The notes under the pieces: generated by a model
What the model was told of the DNA's origin: nothing
The model's input: only the letters and a program-made list of their open reading frames with translations
Database searches by the model: none
In this document: positions 23,760 to 36,310 of the stretch, piece by piece
How positions within the stretch are numbered: position 1 is the stretch's first letter
How the letters are laid out: each line of letters starts with the position of its first letter
Translations under genes and position numbers: made by a program
NCBI RefSeq assembly: GCF_022045235.1
Contig: NW_027266268.1
Coordinates: 12,648,001-12,712,000, forward strand
DNA from: Haliotis cracherodii
Lineage: Eukaryota
Direction of reading: 5' to 3'
Length of the DNA: 64,000 nucleotides

Positions 23760-25604
23760 CTGGCGACATCCTACTGTATAATGATGTATACGTAAGCGGT
23801 TGACTCTGTTTTGTCGTCGTAATCTGGTGAAATAACTTTACAAATGATGAAATGTACGAAGTCAGTGCGGGTTCGTAGCCTGTACCAGCTTCCACCAGGG
23901 CATGGTGTATGACTAGCGACACTCGTATACCTCATGTTGAAGCACGGTGGATATTGTGTTGTCTGCTACGTCCAATGAATGAATGCGTGAATGTATGAAA
24001 GAATGAATGAATGCGTGAATGTACAAAATAATGGATGAATGCGTGAATGAATAAATGAATGCGTGAGTGAATGAACGAACGAAGGAATATATAATTCACA
24101 AAGTTCAGATACTCCACATACCAGAGCCTATGCTGTCAAAGAGCGTCAAAAGAAATCAACTTCTTACAACCCGACATCTTTCTCTGATTGTAAACTCATA
24201 AACATTGTTTTCAGATACGCAGATTTCTTAAAAAATCGGTTCCCTGTGGGATGTTAGGTTTTTCCAAATTATCTGTGCGTCGTATATTGCGATTTTTCCA
24301 GGAGTGTGTGCGCCGTAATGATTTTATGAAAAAAGTCTTATGTATAATATCGCGAGGCCAAGTAGTATTTCGCGTGTATTTAATAATCTGTTCGTTATCC
24401 GGACTATATGCTTACCTTCAGTGACGAAGTGAAAACCATAACTTAGATATTGACGCAGTATTACATACTGAGGTATAAAACAGCATTCACTCACCCACTT
24501 AAATATTCTCAACTCCAAAAGAAACGCGAACCATAGAAACATATAGAGAAGTATGTACGTTAAGAAGAGATGTTTCCAATGTGTACCTCTTAATGGTAAA
24601 ACTAACAATCAGTCAAGTGTTACCACAAATGATGAAATGTACGCAGTCAGTGCGGGTTCGTAGCCTAAACCAGCTTCCACCACGGCATGGTGTATGACTA
24701 ACAATCAGTAAAGTGTTACCACGGGTGTCTTTATTTTTATCACGATACGCTGCACGTGATTTCCAAATTTTACAAACTAATATTGCACCAGGCAAATGGT
24801 GCATCTCGAGTCATGGATCCATGACGTCACATATGATGCTTTAATGAGCGTCGATTCACACAACATATCATGTTTGTTTGTGCGTCGAACCAATATGACT
24901 ATTCTTCATATATTAACCAACATGTATGGTATTCTCGTTTCTTATGTCGGTGGGTATATTAACATTCTTATTCCCTTATTCGATACCTTTTCAAAACTGA
25001 TCCATAATGGTTTCGAACGGAGATATTCCTTAAAATTTGATGCAATCGCAACTGAATACAGAATATATATTTAACTTACACACTACTTGGTAAGGGACAG
25101 TTGAAGAATCCCATGTCAGGTAGTCCCTTCCCCAGGTTTTGTGACCTATCCCATAAACGCAATTGTGAAATGTTGAACCCTTCAAACAGATTTTAATATA
25201 AAACAGGATTAGATCTGCTATTTCGTGAACTGTAAAAGTGTAAAACTTGCTGATATCTTCACAACAAACTTGAGGAATACATCTTTTTGAGAATTTTTAA
25301 TGGGTGGGCAGGCACAGCTTAGTTGAAATTCTTGATTGTTTATATTTTTGGAACAACACTGATATTTATATATTGACATGTAAACATTCATCTCATCCCC
25401 GAAAGTCATAATCAAATACATCATCGTCTCTGGCATCCGTGTATTCCCTACACATGTTCATTTATATAACTTTTATTCTCTTCATCACACACATGTTCAT
25501 GTACGTAACTTATGTTCATGTGCATAGCTTATATTTTCCACATCACACATATGTTCATGTACATAGCTTATATTTTCTACATCGCACACTTGTTCATATA
25601 CATA

Positions 25605-28600
25605 TTGTCTGCATCTTGCCTTCTGGGTATTGAATACTGTCTGTTGTCGTCTTGGTAGAATCTTGTCTTCTGGGTATTGAGAACTGTCTGTTGTCGTCTA
25701 TGTAGAATCTTGTCTTCTGGGCATTGAGTACTGTCTGTTGTCGTCTGTGTAGAATCTTGTCTTCTGGGTATTGCGTACTGTCTGTTGTGGTCTGTGTAGA
25801 ATCTTGTCTTCTGGGTATTGAGTACTGCCTGTTGTCGTCTGTGTAGAATCTTGTCTTCTGGGTATTGAGTACTGTCTGTTGACGTCTGTGTAGAATCTTG
25901 TCTTCTGGGTTTTGAGTACTGTCTGCTGTCGCCTGTGTAGAATCTTGTCTTCTGGGTATTGCAATTGAGTACTGTATGTTGTCGTCTTGGTAGAATCTTG
26001 TCTTCCTGGTATTGAGTACTGTCTGTTGACGTCTTGGTAGAATCGTGTCTTCTGGGTATTGAGTACTGTATGTTGTCGTCTGTGTAGAATCTTGTCTTCT
26101 GGGTATTGAGTACTGTCTGTTGTCGTCTTGGTAGAATATTGTCTTCCTGGTTTTGAGTACTGTATATTGTCGTCTGTGTAGAATCTTATCTTCTGGGTAT
26201 TGAATACTGTCTGTTGTCGTCTGTGTAGAATCTTGTTTTCTGGGTATTGCGTACTGTCTGTTGTCGTCTGTGTAGAATCTTGTCTTCTGGGTATTGAGTA
26301 CTGTCTGTTGTCGTCTTGGTAGAATCTTGTCTTCTGGGTATTGAGAACTGTCTGTTGTCGTCTATGTAGAATCTTGTCTTCTCGGCATTGAGTACTGTCT
26401 GTTGTCGTCTGTGTAGAATCTTGTCTTCTGGGTATTGCGTACTGTCTGTTGTGGTCTGTGTAGAATCTTGTCTTCTGGGTATTGAGTACTGTCTGTTGTC
26501 GTCTGTGTAGAATCTTGTCTTCTGGGTATTGAGAACTGTCTGTTGTCGTCTTGGTAGAATCTTGTCTTCTGGGTATTGAGAACTGTCTGTTGTCGTCTAT
26601 GTAGAATCTTGTCTTCTGGGCATTGAGTACTGTCTGTTGTGGTCTGTGTAGAATTTTGTCTTCTGGGTATTGAGTACTGTCTGTTGTGGTCTGTGTAGAA
26701 TCTTGTCTTCTGGGTATTGAGTACTGCCTGTTGTCGTCTGTGTAGAATCTTGTCTTCTGGGTATTGAGTACTGTCTGTTGACGTCTGTGTAGAATCTTGT
26801 CTTCTGGGTTTTGAGTACTGTCTGCTGTCGCCTGTGTAGAATCTTGTCTTCTAGGTATTGCAATTGAATACTGTCTGTTGTCGTCTGTGTAGAATCTTGT
26901 TTTCTGGGTATTGAGTACTGTCTGTTGTCGTCTGTGTAGAATCTTGTCTTCTGGGTATTGAGTACTGTCTGTTGTCGTCTTGGTAGAATCTTGTCTTCTG
27001 GGTATTGAGAACTGTCTGTTGTCGTCTATGTAGAATCTTGTCTTCTCGGCATTGAGTACTGTCTGTTGTCGTCTGTGTAGAATCTTGTCTTCTGGGTATT
27101 GCGTACTGTCTGTTGTGGTCTGTGTAGAATCTTGTCTTCTGGGTATTGAGTACTGTCTGTTGTCGTCTGTGTAGAATCTTGTCTTCTGGGTATTGAGAAC
27201 TGTCTGTTGTCGTCTTGGTAGAATCTTGTCTTCTGGGTATTGAGAACTGTCTGTTGTCGTCTATGTAGAATCTTGTCTTCTGGGCATTGAGTACTGTCTG
27301 TTGTCGTCTGTGTAGAATTTTGTCTTCTGGGTATTGAGTACTGTCTGTTGTGGTCTGTGTAGAATCTTGTCTTCTGGGTATTGAGTACTGCCTGTTGTCG
27401 TCTGTGTAGAATCTTGTCTTCTGGGTATTGAGTACTGTCTGTTGACGTCTGTGTAGAATCTTGTCCTCTGGGTTTTGAGTACTGTCTGCTGTCGCCTGTG
27501 TAGAATCTTGTCTTCTAGGTATTGCAATTGAATACTGTCTGTTGTCGTCTGTGTAGAATCTTGTTTTCTGGGTATTGCGTACTGTCTGTTGTCGTCTGTG
27601 TAGAATCTTGTCTTCTGGGTATTGAGTACTGTCTGTTGTCGTCTTGGTAGAATCTTGTCTTCTGGGTATTGAGAACTGTCTGTTGTCGTCTATGTAGAAT
27701 CTTGTCTTCTCGGCATTGAGTACTGTCTGTTGTCGTCTGTGTAGAATCTTGTCTTCTGGGTATTGCGTACTGTCTGTTGTGGTCTGTGTAGAATCTTGTC
27801 TTCTGGGTATTGAGTACTGTCTGTTGTCGTCTGTGTAGAATCTTGTCTTCTGGGTATTGAGAACTGTCTGTTGTCGTCTTGGTAGAATCTTGTCTTCTGG
27901 GTATTGAGAACTGTCTGTTGTCGTCTATGTAGAATCTTGTCTTCTGGGCATTGAGTACTGTCTGTTGTCGTCTGTGTAGAATTTTGTCTTCTGGGTATTG
28001 AGTACTGTCTGTTGTGGTCTGTGTAGAATCTTGTCTTCTGGGTATTGAGTACTGTCTGTTGTCGTCTGTGTAGAATCTTGTCTTCTGGGTTTTGAGTACT
28101 GTCTGCTGTCGCCTGTGTAGAATCTTGTCTTCTGGGTATTGCAATTGAGTACTGTATGTTGTCGTCTGTGTAGAATCTTGTCTTCCTGGTATTGAGTACT
28201 GTCTGTTGTGGTCTGTGTAGAATCTTGTCTTCTGGGTATTGAGTACTGCCTGTTGTCGTCTGTGTAGAATCTTGTCTTCTGGGTATTGAGTACTGTCTGT
28301 TGACGTCTGTGTAGAATCTTGTCTTCTGGGTTTTGAGTACTGTCTGCTGTCGCCTGTGTAGAATCTTGTCTTCTGGGTATTGCAATTGAGTACTGTATGT
28401 TGTCGTCTGTGTAGAATCTTGTCTTCCTGGTATTGAGTACTGTCTGTTGACGTCTTGGTAGAATCGTGTCTTCTGGGTATTGAGTACTGTATGTTGTCGT
28501 CTGTGTAGAATCTTGTCTTCTGGGTATTGAGTACTGTCTGTTGTCGTCTTGGTAGAATATTGTCTTCCTGGTTTTGAGTACTGTATATTGTCGTCTGTGT

Positions 28601-30385
28601 AGAATCTTATCTTCTGGGTATTGAATACTGTCTGTTGTCGTCTGTGTGGAATCTTGTTTTCTGGGTATTGCGTACTGTCTGTTGTCGTCTGTGTAGAATC
28701 TTGTCTTCTGGGTATTGAGTACTGTCTGTTGTCGTCTTGGTAGAATCTTGTCTTCTGGGTATTGAGAACTGTCTGTTGTCGTCTATGTAGAATCTTGTCT
28801 TCTCGGCATTGAGTACTGTCTGTTGTCGTCTGTGTAGAATCTTGTCTTCTGGGTATTGCGTACTGTCTGTTGTGGTCTGTGTAGAATCTTGTCTTCTGGG
28901 TATTGAGTACTGTATGTTGTCGTCTGTGTAGAATCTTGTCTTCTGGGTATTGAGAACTGTCTGTTGTCGTCTTGGTAGAATCTTGTCTTCTGGGTATTGA
29001 GAACTGTCTGTTGTCGTCTATGTAGAATCTTGTCTTCTGGGCATTGAGTACTGTCTGTTGTGGTCTGTGTAGAATTTTGTCTTCTGGGTATTGAGTACTG
29101 TCTGTTGTGGTCTGTGTAGAATCTTGTCTTCTGGGTATTGAGTACTGCCTGTTGTCGTCTGTGTAGAATCTTGTCTTCTGGGTATTGAGTACTGTCTGTT
29201 GACGTCTGTGTAGAATCTTGTCTTCTGGGTTTTGAGTACTGTCTGCTGTCGCCTGTGTAGAATCTTGTCTTCTAGGTATTGCAATTGAATACTGTCTGTT
29301 GTCGTCTGTGTAGAATCTTGTTTTCTGGGTATTGCGTACTGTCTGTTGTCGTCTGTGTAGAATCTTGTCTTCTGGGTATTGAGTACTGTCTGTTGTCGTC
29401 TTGGTAGAATCTTGTCTTCTGGGTATTGAGAACTGTCTGTTGTCGTCTATGTAGAATCTTGTCTTCTCGGCATTGAGTACTGTCTGTTGTCGTCTGTGTA
29501 GAATCTTGTCTTCTGGGTATTGCGTACTGTCTGTTGTGGTCTGTGTAGAATCTTGTCTTCTGGGTATTGAGTACTGTCTGTTGTCGTCTGTGTAGAATCT
29601 TGTCTTCTGGGTATTGAGAACTGTCTGTTGTCGTCTTGGTAGAATCTTGTCTTCTGGGTATTGAGAACTGTCTGTTGTCGTCTATGTAGAATCTTGTCTT
29701 CTGGGCATTGAGTACTGTCTGTTGTCGTCTGTGTAGAATTTTGTCTTCTGGGCATTGAGTACTGTCTGTTGTGGTCTGTGTAGAATCTTGTCTTCTGGGT
29801 ATTGAGTACTGCCTGTTGTCGTCTGTGTAGAATCTTGTCTTCTGGGTATTGAGTACTGTCTGTTGACGTCTGTGTAGAATCTTGTCTTCTGGGTTTTGAG
29901 TACTGTCTGCTGTCGCCTGTGTAGAATCTTGTCTTCTGGGTATTGCAATTGAGTACTGTATGTTGTCGTCTGTGTAGAATCTTGTCTTCTGGGTATTGAG
30001 TACTGTCTGTTGTCGTCTTGGTAGAATCTTGTCTTCCTGGTATTGAGTACTGTCTGTTGACGTCTTGGTAGAATCGTGTCTTCTGGGTATTGAGTACTGT
30101 ATGTTGTCGTCTGTGTAGAATCTTGTCTTCTGGGTATTGAGTACTGTCTGTTGTCGTCTTGGTAGAATATTGTCTTCCTGGTTTTGAGTACTGTATATTG
30201 TCGTCTGTGTAGAATCTTATCATCTGGGTATTGAATACTGTCTGTTGTCGTCTGTGTAGAATCTTATCTTCTGGGTATTGAATACTGTCTGTTGTCGTCT
30301 GTGTAGAATCTTGTCTTCTGGGTATTGAGTACTGTATGTTGTCGTCTGTGTAGAATCTTGTCTTCTGGGTATTGAGTACTCTCTG
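25605..30385. repeat. 47-bp satellite array (~100 units) with higher-order structure
   Basis: Unit GTAGAATCTTGTCTTCTGGGTATTGAGTACTGTCTGTTGTCGTCTGT. Variant units recur at a 2421-bp offset. Confidence 0.95.
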
Positions 30386-31074
30386 CTGTTTGCAGTGTAT
30401 TGTTTCATGTCTCATGTGACCTATGGAATATTGTTTGTGCACTCCTGTTGTTGCCTGAGTATTGAGTACTGTCTGTTGTTTTCTGCTGTGTATAGTCTAC
30501 CGGCTTTTGTGTATTCTCTGTTGTCTTCTGTCGTCTTTTACTAGGGTACTACCTGCTACCTTTCGTGTTCTCTCTGTTATTTTCCGTGTACTGTGCACTG
30601 TTTGTTATCTTCTGTTTACTGTATGTTGTCTTTGTTTCATGTGTTCTGCTCGCTTTCTTCTGGGTCGTGTATTTTGGCTGCTGTCTTACGTGTACTTTCT
30701 GTTGGTCTCTACTGGGGTTTCAGGTGTCTTCTGTGAACTGTCCAGTCCTTCCTTACTATGTGCCTATGTGCCTTGTTTTCTCACATTATGTTAAAAATAT
30801 TCAACATCCTTACTATGGACACGTGAAAATCGGGGTCTTCAGCAACCCATGCTTGCCGTAAAAGGCGACTCTGCTTGTCGTAAGAGGCGACTTACAGGAT
30901 CGGGTGGTCAGGCTCGCTGTCTTGGTTGATGCATGTCATTATATCCCAATGGCGGAGATCGATGCTCATGATGTGAATCACTGGATTGTCTGTTCCAGAC
31001 TCGATCATTTACAGATCGCCGTCATAATTTATTAGCTGGTAGTGCGGCGTTAAACACGACCTAACAAACAAAAC

Positions 31075-31370
31075 CTTACTATGTTCTGTGTTATATCACT
31101 TAATGTTGAATATATTCGGCAACCTTAGTGTGTGCTGTGTGGACATATTCAACATTTTTACCATGTGCTTTGTGAGATCACATTATGTTGAATAAATTCA
31201 ACAACTTGACTATGTGAGTGATATGACACTATGTTAATTATATTCAACAACCTTACTATGTGATGTGTGATATCACATTATGTTGCATATATTCAAACAC
31301 TTTACTATGTGATGTGTGATATCACATAATGTTGAACATATTCAACAACTTTACTATGTGATGTGCTCAT
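31075..31370. repeat. Degenerate ~40-bp AT-rich minisatellite
   Basis: Recurrent TTACTATGTG..GTGATATCACATTATGTTGAATATATTCAACAA. Confidence 0.6.
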
Positions 31371-31687
31371 AGGGGAATAAGGAATAAGTTCTCAACAACT
31401 TAACTGTGTTTCGAGACAACGCATGATCTTAAAATGTCGAAAGCATGTTGCAGAATATTATACGACTATTGTTTGATTCAGAGATGAGTCTCATCAGTTG
31501 GAGATCTCCACAGCCATGTGGCCAGCTAGTAGTCATCTTTCCAGCCTTGTAGATACCTTCATCAAAGGCTTCACGAAAAGGCAGCGTGCACCGCCTATCA
31601 ACAAGAATGCTTCTGCAGATGAAAAAGATAACTTTTTCAGGTGCGTTATATATGTTAAACCAAATCTCATTGTCAGGATTTAAATCA

Positions 31688-31757
31688 AGGTTAGCCAGGG
31701 TTAGGATCAGGGTTAGGGTTAGGGTCAGGGTTAGGGTTAAGAGTCAAGGGTCAGGTG
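31688..31757 (+). repeat. Short interstitial telomere-like (TTAGGG/TCAGGG) tract
   Basis: GGGTTAGGATCAGGGTTAGGGTTAGGGTCAGGGTTAGGGTT. Confidence 0.7.
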
Positions 31758-32001
31758 AGAGTTAAGTACAGGAATAGTGACGAAAAGCCAACATTTTTGT
31801 ATCATCTGCCATCCGTAAGAACAAAAGGTAGACGCAATAATTTCAGCATAGATAGAAATAAACAGTTGAAATATTTTGTTCGGAGTTTCCCAGCAGTTTA
31901 TATGAAATTTGTGCTTTATCTGTCCGCGGGGTGCGGGCCAAAACCATGGCCCATTCAGTAACAAATCAGAAACGAGTACCTTAATAAAAGGGAAAATAAT
32001 A

Positions 32002-33491
32002 TAGGCACACGCAAAAGAAACACAAGTCGAGTATGCTGTATACATGTTATTTATTTTCAACAGGAAAGACAAGAAATACTAGTAGGGGAAGATTGACAAA
32101 AATTTGACTGAAGACAGTTTTAATGGATTAAAAAGGCAGGTGACATAATTGTGTATTTTTTTTCAAATGTTAAGGGCTTACACTGTTTCGGGTCAATACC
32201 CAAAATGTCAGTCAATACCTGGTGTGACCACCATTAGCATTGGTCACTGCCATGCATCTCCTGTACATAGAGTGGATCAGACGATTTGTGAAGGCCCTAG
32301 GGATCCTCCTGCACACATCCAGAGCAGCTGTGCGTAGTTAATCGGCAGTTGTAGGGACTGGGCGCACATTGTGCAGACTTCTTTGAACCTCATCCCACAA
32401 GTGTTCGATGGGGTTCAGATCAGGGCTGAGGGCTGGCCACGGTAGAACACGGGTGTTGTGTTGTTGCAGAAAGGCCATGGTAGCTCTGGCAACATGGGGA
32501 CGAGCGTCGTCCTGCTAGAAAATGTGTTGTTGATGTTGTGCAAAAAATGGAACATCGTGGGGTCTGATCAATTGGTCGATATACCGCTGAACAATGACCC
32601 CGTGTCCCCGACCTTGACCAACATTCAGAAAGCACATTGGTCCAAGGCTCGCATTACGTCCAATCCCTGCCCATATCATGACGCTAGGTCCACCCCATGG
32701 ATCCCTTTCCACAACGTTTCTGTCAGCGAAACGATCTCCTCAACGCCGCCAAATTTGGACTCTTCCGTCTGCATGGCAGACACAAAAGCAACTTTCATCA
32801 GAGAAGATGACACGCTCCACTCACGATGACGCCAATTGTGATGACCCTGTGCCCACTGAAGTCGTGCATGTCGATGCCGTAGCTGGAGAACAGGACGACG
32901 TGCTGGTCGGCGACATTTGAGGTTGTTGGAACGGAGACGTCGGATCGCAGTGTCCCGGCTAATGTGTCGATTATGTTTTCCTATGGTCTGTCGTGCACTT
33001 TCACTTGCAGTTAGGAACGGATGTCGCTGGTGTTGACGGGTAATCTGCCGATCTTGTCGAGGTGTGGTGACCCTAGGACGACCGCTCCGATTAAGGTCAT
33101 CTGTGGTCTGTGTAGCATTGTATCGATGCAGGAGATGGTAAATTGTGGTTATGTTAACGTTGAAATGACGGCCAACATCTAGGACAGACTCTCCAGCCTA
33201 CAAACTTCCGATAGCCTGGTTTCTCTGAATTTGAGTTAGGCGTGGCATTGTTGACCAAGGAGTGGCAGCTCCAAGAATCGTCCAAGTTTTATACCCACAA
33301 CAGTTCGTGACAGTTCGTGCATTTTCGATTTCGCGAGAAATGGGTGCATGATACCCACATATTCATTGAAATGGTGCGTTTTGGGGATTCGTTTTTTATG
33401 TTGCGTTTTTACTCGGGGCTTCCAAAATTTATTGTCCCGTGTTTGTTACCTATTTGCTTAAAACCACTTGCGTTTCTTTTGCTTGTGAATA
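32002..33491 (-). mobile_element. Tc1/mariner DNA transposon, full length but decayed
   Basis: Imperfect ~26-bp TIRs (TAGGCACACGCAAAAGAAACACAAGT / ACTTGCGTTTCTTTTGCTTGTGAATA), each flanked by TA, enclose a transposase remnant. Confidence 0.88.
32212..33248 (-). pseudogene. Tc1-family DD34E transposase pseudogene
   Basis: Reads MPRLTQ...RSGRPRVTT...FSDESCF...GGPSVMIWAGI...QDDARPH...WPALSPDLNPIEHLWD...GGHTRY*, with several in-frame stops and a frameshift before FSDES. Confidence 0.9.
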
Positions 33492-34274
33492 TATATACGG
33501 TAAGGTTTTTGTAACACCCCAAGAGAATGACAATGGTAGGCTGGTAGGCAAGTGGCCAAAACTTTTGAATATTTATTGTTTGATTCTACACAGGCGTCAA
33601 CAGACAGTACTCAATACCCAAAAGACAAAATTCTACATAGACGACATTTTATATATTAAAATGTTTCAAAAATGTAAACAAGGAAAAGTAAGTTGAAGCA
33701 CGTGAAGCATCTGATTGGAAACAAATGAATACAGGAAAAGCAAATTGAGGCAGGGATGTAACAACACTCTAGATCTCTACGAGTCATTCAACTCTCGTAT
33801 GCTGTAAACAACAGAGACAAAAACCTTTCCCTATTCAATGGACATCAATGCCAAAAGCAGTGTCGATTGTAAGATTCTAATATATCATGAGCACGTGTTT
33901 ATGAATCATTTTCAAATAGTGAATATGTTATGTGTTTGCGACAAGGCGTACGTATCCCGCCCCATGCAAAGGCAAGTTGAGTTTTCATCTGAGTTATTTT
34001 TATTCATGACAAAAGTGAGTCACTCATTTCAGTGGACCGTAACGATAGTCATCGAGACTTAAATTATCGTTCTATTCTTAGCGTCACTGGCTCTTCTACA
34101 CGTATGTAACTGGTAGTTCTTACATTGTTGTCATGTGCTGAAATAGAACTTTATTGTGACGTATATAGGCCACGTGTTACTTTGGGTCTTCCAGCCTTTG
34201 CGCATCTCTCGATGGTCTCCTTTAAATAAATACATGTACATACTCACTATTATAACATGCGTCTGTTTATGTAG

Positions 34275-36310
34275 GAGAAACATGATGAGATTAAACGTGT
34301 TCTACAAGCAACTAAAAAACTATCAGAAGATACAGACAACGCCGGCATATGACGTGAGTAGAGTGAGTTAGTGAGTGAGTAAGTGAGTAAGAACATATGT
34401 TGATGTTGATGTATTTCTTTATTCATTTCGCACTGTAGGCCATCGGCCCATTGTAGATTTAGATAGTTAGGTCCACAATGGACATTAACAAGCTTCTAAT
34501 ATTTATGGCAAAAAAAAAATATAGTGAATGTATATGACATGATGACAACAATAGGTTAAATTTATGCTATGTAGGATGGACATGATATTTTCCTGGAATT
34601 TATCTGTTTCTAAGATTATTAAATGTTTTACAAATTAACAGAAAATGGTATTCGGTTTCGATAAGACCAATGTTACAGAGGTCTCTTGGGACATTATATA
34701 ATATCTACCCACTTCAATATGGAGTGTGTTCGAACTACAACGATAGCAGGAAAGCGCAGTACGACATTTACCAATATTGATATTTAGAAGATACGTTTAA
34801 ACAAAAAACTAATTTAAATAAAGAATAGGTGTACATTTTCGGACTACTAGCTATCTCTGAATGCCATTCTTGTTCATGTATATATGTTAATCGTGATACA
34901 AATTCAAATATAAATAGTTTTGGATAAGAAATTGATCAGTTTTCCCAAACATAGCCGAAACCAAATTATTTTTAACCTTGGATACCCAATTAATCTTGCC
35001 ATTTACAACTTCTTTAAGCAAGAGATTATAGCTCTTTCTTGAGTAAGGACTATATAATCTTACACCAGTAAGTAATACAACGCTTATATGCTGAAATGTA
35101 CAAAGGATATCGGCCGCACAGAACATGTCATATGATAGATTATGTAGATTTGGAGTAAGTAAAATTTTCAGCCTAATATGCAGGCTACATCACGACCACA
35201 AGTGTAAAAAATACATCTTGGACAGTCGGTGCAGGTGATAGTGTGATCAACGGTTCATGACCTCAGGATACGATGTCACACAATATACACCAGGTCCCAC
35301 ACTGCTACCACATAGTAACATACCAAATGTGTAGGTGAAAGTGTGATCAACGGTTCATGACCTCAGGATATGATGTCACACAATATGCACCAGGTCCCAC
35401 ACTGCTACCACATAGTAACATACCAAATGTGTAGGTGAAAGTGTGATCAACGGTTCATGACCTCAGGATACGATGTCACACAATATACACCAGGTCACAC
35501 ACTGCTACCACATAGTAACATACCCGTGATGATCTGAGTTAGAATTGATCCCTAGCAACCGATGCTTCATGTGAGAGGCGATTGTGCTTGTCCTAAAAGG
35601 CGACCAACGAGATCTTTTGGTCAGGCTCGTTGACTTGTCATCGTATCCCAGTTGCGTAGATTGATGCTCATGATGTCAAACACTGTTTGTTTGTCGTTTA
35701 AACGCCGCGCTCAGCAATATTCCATCCATATGACGGCGGTCTGTAAATAATCGAGTTTGGACCAAACAGTGACTGATATCATGAGCGTCAATCACTGGAT
35801 TGTCTGGTCCAGACACGATTATTTACAGACCGCCATCACGCATCTGGAATATTGCTGAGTGAGGCGTTAAACAACAAACAAACATTGTAACATTTTCCTC
35901 GGCTGTTTTGGCGAGAATGGAGTAGTGGGATATATTTTCTCTAGGAATACGCACATGTGTCTTTATGACTACTGAACATAAGAAATATGATACATGTTGC
36001 TTGTGTTAAACCATAAATTATGATTACGCGTATAGAAATCCTGAAACGTGCGAGACCAATGAGTGTCAAAAATTAATCCGAAATGTAATTTTCCAAACGT
36101 ATTTTGAAGAGATGCACCCATCTGACAAAGTGTGTCTGTGTTCTAGTGGAGGAGTGTCGGATATCGGCGGACAGGCTGGACTGTGGCTGGGCCTCTCCCT
36201 CCTCACCCTGGCCGAGATTTTCGAACTCATCGTGGACGTTGTCATCCATCTATGCACAAAACCTTTCCGATCAAACAAAGGACGGGTGAATCCAGGCGAG
36301 AAAAGGGGCG
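34275..36310 (+). pseudogene. Two 3' exons of a DEG/ENaC/ASIC-family channel gene (34275-34353; 36147-~36310), apparently frameshifted
   Basis: An AG/GT-bounded exon encodes RNMMRLNVFYKQLKNYQKIQTTPAYD. The second exon encodes the TM2 signature SDIGGQAGLWLGLSLLTLAEIFEL. The phases do not join, and no upstream exons were recognised. Confidence 0.72.
35240..35523. repeat. 100-bp tandem repeat, ~3 copies
   Basis: GTGTGATCAACGGTTCATGACCTCAGG starts at 35241, 35341 and 35441. Confidence 0.9.

Larger units (their letters stand above)
4164..24277 (+). repeat. Segmental duplication, copy A (RHIM exon + BiP-like gene)
   Basis: Colinear, near-identical sequence at ~43481-64000. Paired ORFs in the track include 14688/54770, 19394/59439 and 23932/63655. 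Confidence 0.95.

Noticed and set aside
25698-30442. Repeated 88-331-aa ORFs
   Set aside because: Translations of the 47-bp satellite.
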